Source: Arcobacteraceae bacterium (GTDB lineage Bacteria; Campylobacterota; Campylobacteria; Campylobacterales; Arcobacteraceae). Taken from it: a stretch of 64,000 nucleotides of DNA. Both the position numbers and the translations under genes were made by a program. The DNA lies in NCBI GenBank assembly GCA_048268245.1, contig JBLWVX010000001.1, forward strand, positions 96,001 to 160,000, read 5' to 3'. The notes under the pieces were generated by a model that did no database searches, had not been told where the DNA came from, and was given only the letters and a program-made list of their open reading frames with translations. Below are positions 11,405 to 20,999 of this stretch, one piece after another. Position 1 is the first letter of the stretch, and every line of letters begins with the position of its first letter.

Positions 11405-11797
11405 TTATTTAATATCCATATTTGAAATTAACTTTATGAAGTTTATAAAATCAAATGGTTTACATAAGTAATCTTTTACACCTAAATTTTTAGCTTCAGT
11501 GATATACTCAGATTCAGTATGAGCAGACATAACAACTATAGGAGTATCAAAATTTTCTTCTTTTTTTAATGTTTTTATTAATTCAATCCCGTCCATTTGA
11601 GGCATATTTATATCTGTTGCTATGATATTTATATCAGGATTCTTATTGAAAACATCTAGTGCTTCTACACCATTTGTAGCAGTATAATACTCAACTTCTA
11701 GACTATCTAATGCATTTGTTATTATTTCTAATAAATCAGCCTCATCTTCAACAAAAAGAACTTTCAGTTCTCTTAATCTATCGATCATATCTGTCAT
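11405..11797 (-). CDS. single-domain response regulator
   Basis: FVEDE, TDINMPQMDG, MSAH, KPFD. Confidence 0.9.
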   Translation of the reverse strand: MTDMIDRLRELKVLFVEDEADLLEIITNALDSLEVEYYTATNGVEALDVFNKNPDINIIATDINMPQMDGIELIKTLKKEENFDTPIVVMSAHTESEYITEAKNLGVKDYLCKPFDFINFIKLISNMDIK

Positions 11798-11798
11798 A

Positions 11799-12290
11799 TT
11801 AGTCTTTTAACTCTTCTTTCGCAACTACTTTTTCAATATCCATGATTACAAGCATTTCATTGTTATCTAATCTTACATAACCTTTTAAGTATTTAGCAGG
11901 AATTGCAGAACCCATTTCAGAAACAGGTGCTAAGGTACTTGTATCTAATCTTTGTACATCATCAACTAAGTCAACAACAATACCAATCATTCTACTATCT
12001 TCAGTTATTACTGCAATTACAGAAGTGTTTTCATCATAAACTGGGTTTTCATTTGTATTAAACTTGATTCTTACATCCAAAATAGGTACAACTTCACCTC
12101 TTAAGTTAATAAGACCTTTTACCCAACTAGAAGTATTTGGTAAAACTGTGATATTTTCTGGGTAAGTTAAAATTTCTCTAATTTTAGGTAATTCAATTGC
12201 ATATTTCATTGCACCAAGTTCAAAAGTCATAAACTCACTTGTATTAGCATAATCAACAACTTCTACATTCTCTTTTTCATTAGTTTCCAT
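11799..12290 (-). CDS. cheW: chemotaxis coupling protein CheW
   Basis: GLINLRGEVVPILD and GIVVDLV motifs. Confidence 0.92.
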   Translation of the reverse strand: METNEKENVEVVDYANTSEFMTFELGAMKYAIELPKIREILTYPENITVLPNTSSWVKGLINLRGEVVPILDVRIKFNTNENPVYDENTSVIAVITEDSRMIGIVVDLVDDVQRLDTSTLAPVSEMGSAIPAKYLKGYVRLDNNEMLVIMDIEKVVAKEELKD

Positions 12291-12411
12291 AAAGTTTCCT
12301 TTTAAAGGCTATATTACTAGTTAATTATAAATTATATGTATTGCAATAAATACAAAGATTACATGTTATACTAGAAGTTATGCTTATTTTATCTTTTCTA
12401 AACTTAAAAAA

Positions 12412-13665
12412 TTATTGTTTTTGTATCTCATCAATTGTACAACTTGCAATATACGCGGGTGTTTGAAGAGATATTTTATCAGATTTTTTCAAATCCTCCA
12501 ATGAAATCACTTTATTATTTTTAGTAATTTGAACAAATCCTTTCTTATCTTTTTTATTAGGATGGTTTTGTTCATAACTATTTTTAAGCATAGTAACTTG
12601 ACTTTGCATTTGTGAATGTCTTTGCTCAATTCTATTTGAAAAACTAGTTTTTAAGAAATTCAAGTCATTGTTTGCAACAACAATTTTTTGAGAAATTTCT
12701 GCTTGAAAAGATGATTTTAAAAGTTTTATTTGAGATTCAATAAAATTAAACTTTGAATCAAGAGAATTTTGCTCAAACAATCTTCTTAAATTTGTAAGGT
12801 TTTGCTGCTTTATTTCTACAACTCTTTTTATTTTTGATATATATTCATTTGCTAAACTATCTAAATATATTCTATGTTCATTAACATCAGGAAGTGCAAT
12901 TTCTATTGCATTTGAAGGAGTTGCAGCTCTTACATCAGCTACGAAATCAGAAATCAAATAATCAACTTCATGACCAACTGCTGAAATAATAGGAGTTTTA
13001 GCTTCATAAATAGCATTGGCAACAATCTCTTCATTAAAAGACCATAAATCTTCAATACTTCCACCACCACGACCTACAATCATAATATCACAGTTTAAGC
13101 TATCTGCATATTTTATACTTTGAGATATATCATAAGCAGAACCTTCACCTTGAACTAATGCAGGTATTAAAATAAACTCAACTAAAGGCCATCTATGATG
13201 AGCTACTTTTTTCATATCTTCAATTGCAGCACCAGTAGGTGAAGTAACTAAAGCTATTTTTTTAGGGTATTTTGGTAATTGCTTTTTTACTTCAGGAGTA
13301 AAATAACCTTTTTGTTCTAGCTTATTTTTTAATTGCTCAAAGGCAAGAGCAAGTGCCCCTTGTCCTGATGGCTCAATTTTACTACATAAAAGTTGATAGT
13401 TCCCTCTTGGTGCATATACAGTAATATTTCCTGTGATTACTACTTTCTGCCCTACTTCAAGTTGGAACTTTAGATATTTTGCATTTCCTCTGAACATTAC
13501 ACATGAAATAGTAGAACTACTATCTTTTACAGAAAAATAGACATGTCCAGAGTTATGATAAGTTAAGTTTGAGATTTCACCTTCAACATAAACTTTTATA
13601 AAAGTTGTTTCAAGTAGTGATTTTATTTGAGCGTTTAAAGAGCTTACACTAATAGGGTTATTCAA
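12412..13665 (-). CDS. xseA: exodeoxyribonuclease VII large subunit
   Basis: VEGEISN, SGHVYF, GRGGGSIEDLWSFN, SAVGHEVD, ATPS. Confidence 0.96.
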   Translation of the reverse strand: MNNPISVSSLNAQIKSLLETTFIKVYVEGEISNLTYHNSGHVYFSVKDSSSTISCVMFRGNAKYLKFQLEVGQKVVITGNITVYAPRGNYQLLCSKIEPSGQGALALAFEQLKNKLEQKGYFTPEVKKQLPKYPKKIALVTSPTGAAIEDMKKVAHHRWPLVEFILIPALVQGEGSAYDISQSIKYADSLNCDIMIVGRGGGSIEDLWSFNEEIVANAIYEAKTPIISAVGHEVDYLISDFVADVRAATPSNAIEIALPDVNEHRIYLDSLANEYISKIKRVVEIKQQNLTNLRRLFEQNSLDSKFNFIESQIKLLKSSFQAEISQKIVVANNDLNFLKTSFSNRIEQRHSQMQSQVTMLKNSYEQNHPNKKDKKGFVQITKNNKVISLEDLKKSDKISLQTPAYIASCTIDEIQKQ

Positions 13666-13688
13666 TTATAATCCTTACAACAAGAAAA

Positions 13689-14399
13689 CTAAAGTTTTCT
13701 TGCGATGATTAAAGTAGAAATATTCATAGAAAAAGATTTTACATGAACAGGCTCTAATCCAGCTTGTTTTAACTCTTTGCATAAATTATCTTTTGTTAAA
13801 AACTCATCAATTGAGTTTGGTAAATAAGTATATGCTTCTTTATTTCTTGAAATTAATCCACCTAAAGTAGGTAAAATCTTATTCATATAAAAATCAGTTA
13901 AATAATCTAAAGGGTTTGTTTTTTCATTTTTTGTAAACTCAGAAATTACAACAAGACCACCTTTTTTTAGTGCTCTTGCAAATTCGTCAAAAGCTTCTTG
14001 TCTTTCAACTACATTTCTAATCCCATAAGAAATTGAAATAATATCAGTGCTCTCATCCTCAAGTGGCATATCCGTAGCAAAAGCTTCAATAAACTGTACA
14101 TCAGGAAGTTTTTTCTTTCCTACTTCCATCATACCAACACTAGGATCAATACCTATAATATTTTTTAAAGTAATATTATTCTCTTTTGCAATTTGCTTCC
14201 AAAACATTATCATATCACCAGTACCACAAGCAACATCAACTATCTTTTCAATCTCTTTTTTGTCGTAAAGTTCAAATGTTTTATTACAAGCTTTATTTCT
14301 CCAAGATTTATCAATGCCCATTGATAAAACTCTATTAGCCACATCATAAGTTCCTGCAATGTCGTTAAACATTGATACGATTTTTTCTTGTTTACCCAT
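13689..14399 (-). CDS. ubiE: UbiE/MenG demethylmenaquinone methyltransferase
   Basis: YDVANRVLSMGID, DVACGTGD, YGIRNV, YTYLPNSI. Confidence 0.92.
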   Translation of the reverse strand: MGKQEKIVSMFNDIAGTYDVANRVLSMGIDKSWRNKACNKTFELYDKKEIEKIVDVACGTGDMIMFWKQIAKENNITLKNIIGIDPSVGMMEVGKKKLPDVQFIEAFATDMPLEDESTDIISISYGIRNVVERQEAFDEFARALKKGGLVVISEFTKNEKTNPLDYLTDFYMNKILPTLGGLISRNKEAYTYLPNSIDEFLTKDNLCKELKQAGLEPVHVKSFSMNISTLIIARKL

Positions 14400-14425
14400 A
14401 ATTTATAAAATCCTATTCATATTTT

Positions 14426-14695
14426 TTAAAAAATAAATTTGCCAACTAAAAGACCTAAAATAAATCCAATATTTACAGCTAAAGCAAGATATAAAATTGA
14501 GATTTTTTTATCTGCTTTTGGTACCATAGTTAATATATCTTCTTGCTTTTTTAATGTTTCATTAAAATATAAGTTTGATTCTTCAAAAGCTTTAGATGAT
14601 TTTTCTAAATTCTTAGTTGCCTTCCTTAAAGAAAGTTCTGAAAATTCCATTCGTTCAACAAGCTCTTTTGCTTGTTTAAAACTCATATCACTCAT
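14426..14695 (-). CDS. small coiled-coil protein with C-terminal membrane anchor
   Basis: Overlaps the upstream ATPase gene (ATGA); hydrophobic C-terminus. Confidence 0.7.
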   Translation of the reverse strand: MSDMSFKQAKELVERMEFSELSLRKATKNLEKSSKAFEESNLYFNETLKKQEDILTMVPKADKKISILYLALAVNIGFILGLLVGKFIF

Positions 14696-15486
14696 TTCTT
14701 AATATCAATCCACTGATCTAAATCACAAAAAATTCTATTTAATACATTGATTACATAATCTTTTGCTTCTGTTTGGATTCTTCTAAAGAAAAGATACTTT
14801 CTAGCACTTTCAATATCACCCATCTCTTTTGCTTGTATAGCCTTTGCTCCAAAGTCTGTATTGTTATAAGCCATTTCCCAAACTGTTGAACCTAAGTATC
14901 TACTCATTGTAATTACTTTATCATTTTGTACAGGGAAATACTTTGGATCTTTTACAAAATCACAAATAACAGAATTTGAGTCTAAATATTTGTGACCAAA
15001 AAAGTTAATAAACTGTTCTTGATAATAATCTTCTTCCATAGAAATAGCTCTATTTAAACCAAAGATAATATTCTCTTCTGGATTTCTTTCAATCTTTCTG
15101 ATTTTTTTCATAGTAGCTATAGCATTTTTACCATCTAGTTCCCCATCACCTAAAGGAATTATCCATTTTACATTTCCAAATGAACCTACTTTTTTAATCT
15201 CATCAAGAACTAATGTTGAAGTTTTATTTCCACCAACATCTACAATAACCTCATGGTTATCATCCATTAAAATTAACTCATCTAAATCAGTTATTCTATT
15301 TGTTCCAAGCATTCTTTTATTTACGATTTCTGTTCTCGTAAAAGACTTACTATCATTATTCTCATCATCAACTTCAATGTATGTTATTTTTTTTCCATGT
15401 TTTTTATATAAATATGGAGCAATAACTTGCATAGCAACTGTAGACTTACCTACACCACCTTTTGTTTGTGGAATTATAATCATCAA
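14692..15486 (-). CDS. ParA/MinD-like P-loop ATPase
   Basis: Deviant Walker A KGGVGKST, IEVD, Walker-B-like IVDVGG. Confidence 0.75.
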   Translation of the reverse strand: MMIIIPQTKGGVGKSTVAMQVIAPYLYKKHGKKITYIEVDDENNDSKSFTRTEIVNKRMLGTNRITDLDELILMDDNHEVIVDVGGNKTSTLVLDEIKKVGSFGNVKWIIPLGDGELDGKNAIATMKKIRKIERNPEENIIFGLNRAISMEEDYYQEQFINFFGHKYLDSNSVICDFVKDPKYFPVQNDKVITMSRYLGSTVWEMAYNNTDFGAKAIQAKEMGDIESARKYLFFRRIQTEAKDYVINVLNRIFCDLDQWIDIKK

Positions 15487-16128
15487 TTAACCCTTTGGAT
15501 TGCGTTTCATAAACTCGACAATTTTGCCATGAAACCGTGCGTAAAGTTTGTTTAAACTAATCTCATAGCCATAAAGTTTGGCTATTTTATCGTAATTTTC
15601 ATTAATTCCGTATACTATCCATGTCTGTATATCGCAATATGAGTCAAACTCATATCCAAATCTTTTTAGCAATCTATTTGTATATGAATCTACTACCATA
15701 TATTCTTGATGACATGAATAACACAAAATTGCATCCGCTGTTTCTTGTCCTATACCCTTTTGAGATAGAAGCCAATCTCTAGTAACTCTATTTTTAAAGT
15801 TTTCAAAAGAACCAAACTCTTCTAAAATATTTTTACTTAATTGTATTAATCTTTTTGATTTTTGATTTTTGAAACCACTTGGAGTTATAGCATGAACTAA
15901 AACAGGAAGCTGTACTTCACTTAAGTTCTCTAAATTTAGTAAGTCAAGTTCTCTTAAATTCTCTAGTGATTTTTCTACGTTCTGCCATTTTGTATTTTGT
16001 GTAAGTATTGATCCTAGCAAGATTTCAAAATCATTACTATTAGGCCACCAATACTCTAAATGCGAAGGAATTAAGTCTTGATTTTTTAAATAAACTAATA
16101 AATCATAAGAGCTATTAATCTCAGTCAA
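15487..16128 (-). CDS. HhH-GPD DNA glycosylase (3-methyladenine glycosylase / endonuclease III-like)
   Basis: WWP, ILTQNTKW, KGIGQETADAIL, VVDSYT. Confidence 0.88.
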   Translation of the reverse strand: MTEINSSYDLLVYLKNQDLIPSHLEYWWPNSNDFEILLGSILTQNTKWQNVEKSLENLRELDLLNLENLSEVQLPVLVHAITPSGFKNQKSKRLIQLSKNILEEFGSFENFKNRVTRDWLLSQKGIGQETADAILCYSCHQEYMVVDSYTNRLLKRFGYEFDSYCDIQTWIVYGINENYDKIAKLYGYEISLNKLYARFHGKIVEFMKRNPKG

Positions 16129-16945
16129 TCATAGCCCTTGTAATTATGTGCTCATCTTTATCACATAATTTTTTAATCTTAAAAGAATCAACTGCTTTTC
16201 CATCTTTTATATCAACTACCATGATTTGTAATATAGTTTTACAAGAATTAGGTATTTGAAAATGCCCTCCAAGTCCAGTAGTAGCTTTTTGAATAGGTAC
16301 ATGAGCATCCATTCCTATTACATTGTCTCTACATCCAGTAAGTCCAATATCTGTTAAATATGCAGTATTTTCAAAAATTTGTAAATCGTCTGTTCCTACA
16401 TGTGTATGAGTTCCACAAATAGCACTTACTTGATTTTTGAACATCATAAGCATAACTCTTTTTTCACTTGTAGCTTCACCATGAAAATCTATAAATATAT
16501 TTTTTACACCTTGCTCATGCAGGTTTGACACTATTTTTTTTGCCCAGTTAAAAGGGTTTTCAACTGTTGGCATTGAAAATTGCCCCATTAAATTTACAAC
16601 TGCAATTTTCTCTAAACCTTCACTAGTTTCAATCTCACAGATTCTCACTCCACTTCCAGGAATACCCTCCGGATAGTTATCAGGTCTTAATACAGGTTTT
16701 GTCTCAAGAAGAGTAAACATCTCTTTTTTCTTATCAAAAGAGTGATTGCCTCCTGTGATTACATCAATACCAGTTTTTAATAACTCATCACAGTTTTTAA
16801 TAGTCAACCCAAAACCATGACTTGCATTTTCTGCATTTGCAATCACAAAATCTATATTATACTCTTCTTTTATCTTTGCTAAATTCTCTTTTATTATCTT
16901 TCTTCCAGGTCTACCTACTATATCACCTATAAATGCTAATCTCAA
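16121..16945 (-). CDS. YmdB-family (TIGR00282) metallophosphoesterase
   Basis: FIGDIVG, NAEN, TGGNHSFD, DFHGEATSEK, GTHTH. Start set at TTG 16945 behind AAGGA (16955-16951). Confidence 0.92.
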   Translation of the reverse strand: MRLAFIGDIVGRPGRKIIKENLAKIKEEYNIDFVIANAENASHGFGLTIKNCDELLKTGIDVITGGNHSFDKKKEMFTLLETKPVLRPDNYPEGIPGSGVRICEIETSEGLEKIAVVNLMGQFSMPTVENPFNWAKKIVSNLHEQGVKNIFIDFHGEATSEKRVMLMMFKNQVSAICGTHTHVGTDDLQIFENTAYLTDIGLTGCRDNVIGMDAHVPIQKATTGLGGHFQIPNSCKTILQIMVVDIKDGKAVDSFKIKKLCDKDEHIITRAMID

Positions 16946-16993
16946 ATTTTTCCTTGTAGATTTTAAATTGGCAAATTGTATCAAGTAAAAGTT

Positions 16994-18433
16994 TTAGTTT
17001 AGCTTTTTATCGTTTACGGTAATTACACCCTTATTTATTTTTAGATCAAACAAAATATCGTTTTTTTGCTCTTTTGCATATACACTTAAAAGCATTCCAA
17101 TAGTAGGATCAACTAATCTTAAAAAATTTATAAAATCATCTTTTGGTAAAACTAAAACTATATTTCCATCAACATTTGATAAAAGTTCCTTTTTATCTAA
17201 AGTCTGAAAAGAAAGAGTATTTTTATTTAAAACTAAATCAATATCTAAATCAATATTTTTAAATGATACATTTGTTTGTTGTAAATCTTTTAGATCAAGT
17301 TTTGTTTTTAGTGTAGCCCCATTATTTAGAACCTCATCAATAGATAGTATTAGATTATCAATTGCCGAAGTTAATTTTAATGATTTTTCATTTTTAGTTA
17401 AAGTATTGTCAAGAGTAATTAGTTCCATATTGATATAAGCACTATTTAAATTTTTTAAATCATTATATAAAATATCATTAAGTTTTAAATCAAAAATTAC
17501 TGAATTAATTGATAATTTATCTTTTCTTGATGAAAATTCAACATTATTAGTTTTTAAATCTAAATATGTTTGATATAAACCACTTTTTACTTCACCTTTT
17601 GACTTTAAATCAATTCCATTTATAGCTAAATCAATATCATTAACAGCAAATATAAAGTTTTCTAATTTTAGTTTTGAACTATTTATATACTCATCTAAAT
17701 AAGTAAAGTCATATACTAAAGAGTTTAAATCTATGATTGACTCTTTATTTGACGTAACTGTTTTTATCAAAAACCTATCAAGATTGATTTTAGCTTTCAA
17801 TAAATCTTTTTCAGAATAGTTATTAACAAAATAAGATAAAACTTTTAAATCAGTAGTTGATGTTTGCCCTATACTATTTGTAGAAACTATATTTTCATCA
17901 ATATCTTTTAAAGTAAGTTTTTTAAGAACTGCATTTTTACTTAATACGATATCAAAAGCTAAAGCTTTTTTTTCCAGTAAAGATAACATCTCTTGATTTT
18001 TATCTTTATTTTCATTTAGCTTTTTCATGATTTTATCTGAAAACTTATGAAGATATATATTTACATTTATATCACTATTATAATTGATATTTGAATTGTT
18101 AATATTACCTCTAAAAACAATACCTCTTAAAAACTCATCAAGTTCTTTACTATCTTCTTTTAATAAAGAATCAATTAACTCTTCATAAGTTGGGTATTTT
18201 TTAACAAAAGAAGCTTTTATAAACTCCTTAAATTCCTTTTCATCTTTTATTGTTAATTCAAACTCTCTTTTTGTTTTAAGATAACCACTAGAATTTAGGA
18301 CATCAACTTTTACACCCTTTTGTTCTAATAAAACTGTCTGTATTTGTACTTGCTCATCAATTATATTCTTAACCCCAAGTGGTGCTAACGCTAATAGTAT
18401 AAATACAACTATTAATAATGCGATTTTTTTCAT
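16994..18433 (-). CDS. exported hypothetical protein (possibly YdgA/DUF945-like)
   Basis: N-terminal hydrophobic anchor, beta-rich body, C-terminal INKGVITVNDKKL. Family assignment is tentative. Confidence 0.55.
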   Translation of the reverse strand: MKKIALLIVVFILLALAPLGVKNIIDEQVQIQTVLLEQKGVKVDVLNSSGYLKTKREFELTIKDEKEFKEFIKASFVKKYPTYEELIDSLLKEDSKELDEFLRGIVFRGNINNSNINYNSDINVNIYLHKFSDKIMKKLNENKDKNQEMLSLLEKKALAFDIVLSKNAVLKKLTLKDIDENIVSTNSIGQTSTTDLKVLSYFVNNYSEKDLLKAKINLDRFLIKTVTSNKESIIDLNSLVYDFTYLDEYINSSKLKLENFIFAVNDIDLAINGIDLKSKGEVKSGLYQTYLDLKTNNVEFSSRKDKLSINSVIFDLKLNDILYNDLKNLNSAYINMELITLDNTLTKNEKSLKLTSAIDNLILSIDEVLNNGATLKTKLDLKDLQQTNVSFKNIDLDIDLVLNKNTLSFQTLDKKELLSNVDGNIVLVLPKDDFINFLRLVDPTIGMLLSVYAKEQKNDILFDLKINKGVITVNDKKLN

Positions 18434-18437
18434 TTTT

Positions 18438-20999
18438 TTATCCTAATTCTTTTTTTAATTTTATTTCAAAAACTGCACCATTATCTTCATTAAATGCTAC
18501 AATTTCCCCTTCTTGTTGTTCAATAATTTTTTTTGCAATATTTAAACCAACACCCATTCCACTATGTTCCTTTGAAGAGATAAAAGGTTGAAAAATATTA
18601 TCAATGATATCTTTGTTGATACCACCTGCATTATCAATAAACCTAACTGTGATATTATTTTCATCTTCAAAAAGATTTATCTTTAACAACCTATTTTCAT
18701 AAGATTCAATCTTTACCAATTCATCAAAGGCATTATTTAAAATAATAATCCAAACTTGCTCTAATCTTTGTTTTTGTGCAAGGCTTTTATAAACATATCT
18801 ATTTTTGTCTATTTTATCTAAATTAAACTCTTCTTCGTTTATAAAGATAGGACATATTTGTTTTGATCTATTATATGCCATTGTCAATGCTGTTATTAAA
18901 GTAGAGTAAATATTAACACTCTCTTTTTTTTCATTTGAACTTTGTGAAATTTCTCTCATTGATTCTACAATATTTGCAATTCTATTAATACCATCATTTA
19001 TTTTAACACTATCTTCAAGCATTCTTTCTTTTAACTCACTAGGAGGTAAATCTTCAATATCATACCCCATCATTTCAAAATTACCTTTTATGTAAGTTAA
19101 TGGAGTGTTTATTTCATGGGTAATTCCAGCTGCTAATGCTCCAATTGAACTTAATTTGGCATTTTTTATTTGTTCTTGTTGATGTATTTTATCTTTTTGT
19201 CTACTTTTCTCAACCTCATCATTAATCTTTTGTTCAAGGTTTTGATTTAACTCTTGAAGTTTTCTTTTATCTTCTAGTGAATTTACAACTAAAACTAAAT
19301 GCTTCCTATCAGACAATAAGCTTAATGAAAGTTCAAGATGAATATCTTCACCATTTTTATTTATAAAAACCTTTTCAATACTTTTTATAGCACCAACTTG
19401 TAAAGTTTCTTCAAATATTTTCTTTAAAAACTCTTTTGATTCTTTTTCAATAAATTCAAAAAAACTCATTGATAATAGTTCATGATGATTATATAAAAGT
19501 AATTCACTTAACATCTTATTTACTTTTTTGAATTTCCCATTTAAGTCTATTAAAGCTATTCCACTATTTACATTCTCAAAAATTGTATTATATTGATTTA
19601 CTTGTGTATTTAAATCATCATAAAGTTTTTGTATTGTTTTTTTATCTGTTATATCATTTCTAATTACAGTAAAACCTACAAGAGTATTTTTAATATCATA
19701 GTTTGGTTCTATAAAAGATTCTGACCAAAAGTAACTACCATCTTTTTTAAGACACTTTAATTCTATTTTATAAAAGTTTCCTTTTTTTATATAATCCCAA
19801 ACTTTTTCATAAGTCTCTTTATCCATTTGTGGATGAATAAGTATTTTATGAGGATGTCCTATTAATTCACCTTTTGAAAAACCAGACACTTCACAAAAAG
19901 CATTACTTACATCTAAAATTATTCCATTTTTATCAAGTCTTATTGACATAATATGATTGTCAATTGTTTTTAAACTATCACTTAACTCTAAATAACTTTT
20001 TTTAACACTTAAGTTTAAATCTTTATTCTTTTCTACAATATTTTTATTTAATCTTGCAATTGGTTTAGTTAAAATAATAGTTAAAATGATACACAGTAAA
20101 AAAGCAACTATTATTACAGATTCAAAATAATCTTTAAATATATCTAAGCTATTTTTTATAAATGATTCATCTATTTTTACAATTACTATAATATATTTAT
20201 CACTTGCTATATATATTTTTTTTGAGATAAACTCACTAGATATCAACTCTTCTTTATTTAAAATTTGTTCTGAATAATTTGAATAGATGTTTTTTAAAGT
20301 ATAAGTAGGTATGAAATATTTAGACCAATCATATTTACTATTTTCATGTAATAAAAAGTTTCCTTCTTCATCTAAAATATAAGAATAAGAAATTGACCTT
20401 TTTTGTATTTTTTCAAATACTTTTCTTATATCAATATCTAAAATTATAAACAAGTCATTTACTCGTAATATATAGCTTTGTAAAGATACCAAAGGAAAGT
20501 TTATTTCATTGTTTTTTCTTAAAAGATATAAATTTGAATAATAAACATCTTTTTTATTAGAAGCTAATATCTCTTTAAATAAATGAGTTCTTTTTATATT
20601 GTTCAACTCAAAATCTTCTTTTAAATTATTGTATTTATCAAAATATATTTTTATTTTTTCATTTGCATTAAAGTCAACAATTCTAAAGCTAAAAAGTTCT
20701 GATTTAGTAGTTTTTATACTTTGAATAAACTCTTTTAAGAATTTACTATTGCCTTTTTCTAAATATGTTTTTAAAGCACTACTGTTTTTGATATCAACTA
20801 AAATTCTATTACTTGTATTTTTATATTCATCAACTATTTTTTGTGTTTCTTGTAGATTCGAAAAAATAGTATTTATATTTTTATCTTGAATATCATTTGT
20901 ATAAAATTTTTCAAAAGTAAATAATGAAAATATAAGCAGGAAAGCTGCAAATAAAATAAAAGTAAAGAAGAGTTTTGTATAAAAGTTTATTTTCATCAT
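18438..20999 (-). CDS. membrane PAS sensor histidine kinase
   Basis: Two TM helices, two PAS domains, H-box ITHEINTP, DNAGG, FQPF, GMGVGL. Confidence 0.9.
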   Translation of the reverse strand: MMKINFYTKLFFTFILFAAFLLIFSLFTFEKFYTNDIQDKNINTIFSNLQETQKIVDEYKNTSNRILVDIKNSSALKTYLEKGNSKFLKEFIQSIKTTKSELFSFRIVDFNANEKIKIYFDKYNNLKEDFELNNIKRTHLFKEILASNKKDVYYSNLYLLRKNNEINFPLVSLQSYILRVNDLFIILDIDIRKVFEKIQKRSISYSYILDEEGNFLLHENSKYDWSKYFIPTYTLKNIYSNYSEQILNKEELISSEFISKKIYIASDKYIIVIVKIDESFIKNSLDIFKDYFESVIIVAFLLCIILTIILTKPIARLNKNIVEKNKDLNLSVKKSYLELSDSLKTIDNHIMSIRLDKNGIILDVSNAFCEVSGFSKGELIGHPHKILIHPQMDKETYEKVWDYIKKGNFYKIELKCLKKDGSYFWSESFIEPNYDIKNTLVGFTVIRNDITDKKTIQKLYDDLNTQVNQYNTIFENVNSGIALIDLNGKFKKVNKMLSELLLYNHHELLSMSFFEFIEKESKEFLKKIFEETLQVGAIKSIEKVFINKNGEDIHLELSLSLLSDRKHLVLVVNSLEDKRKLQELNQNLEQKINDEVEKSRQKDKIHQQEQIKNAKLSSIGALAAGITHEINTPLTYIKGNFEMMGYDIEDLPPSELKERMLEDSVKINDGINRIANIVESMREISQSSNEKKESVNIYSTLITALTMAYNRSKQICPIFINEEEFNLDKIDKNRYVYKSLAQKQRLEQVWIIILNNAFDELVKIESYENRLLKINLFEDENNITVRFIDNAGGINKDIIDNIFQPFISSKEHSGMGVGLNIAKKIIEQQEGEIVAFNEDNGAVFEIKLKKELG

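Noticed and set aside
15487..15660. Cluster of rare CG-containing codons at the 3' end of the glycosylase gene as a recombination patch
   Set aside because: Short, not quantifiable by eye, and the reading frame and motifs are intact.
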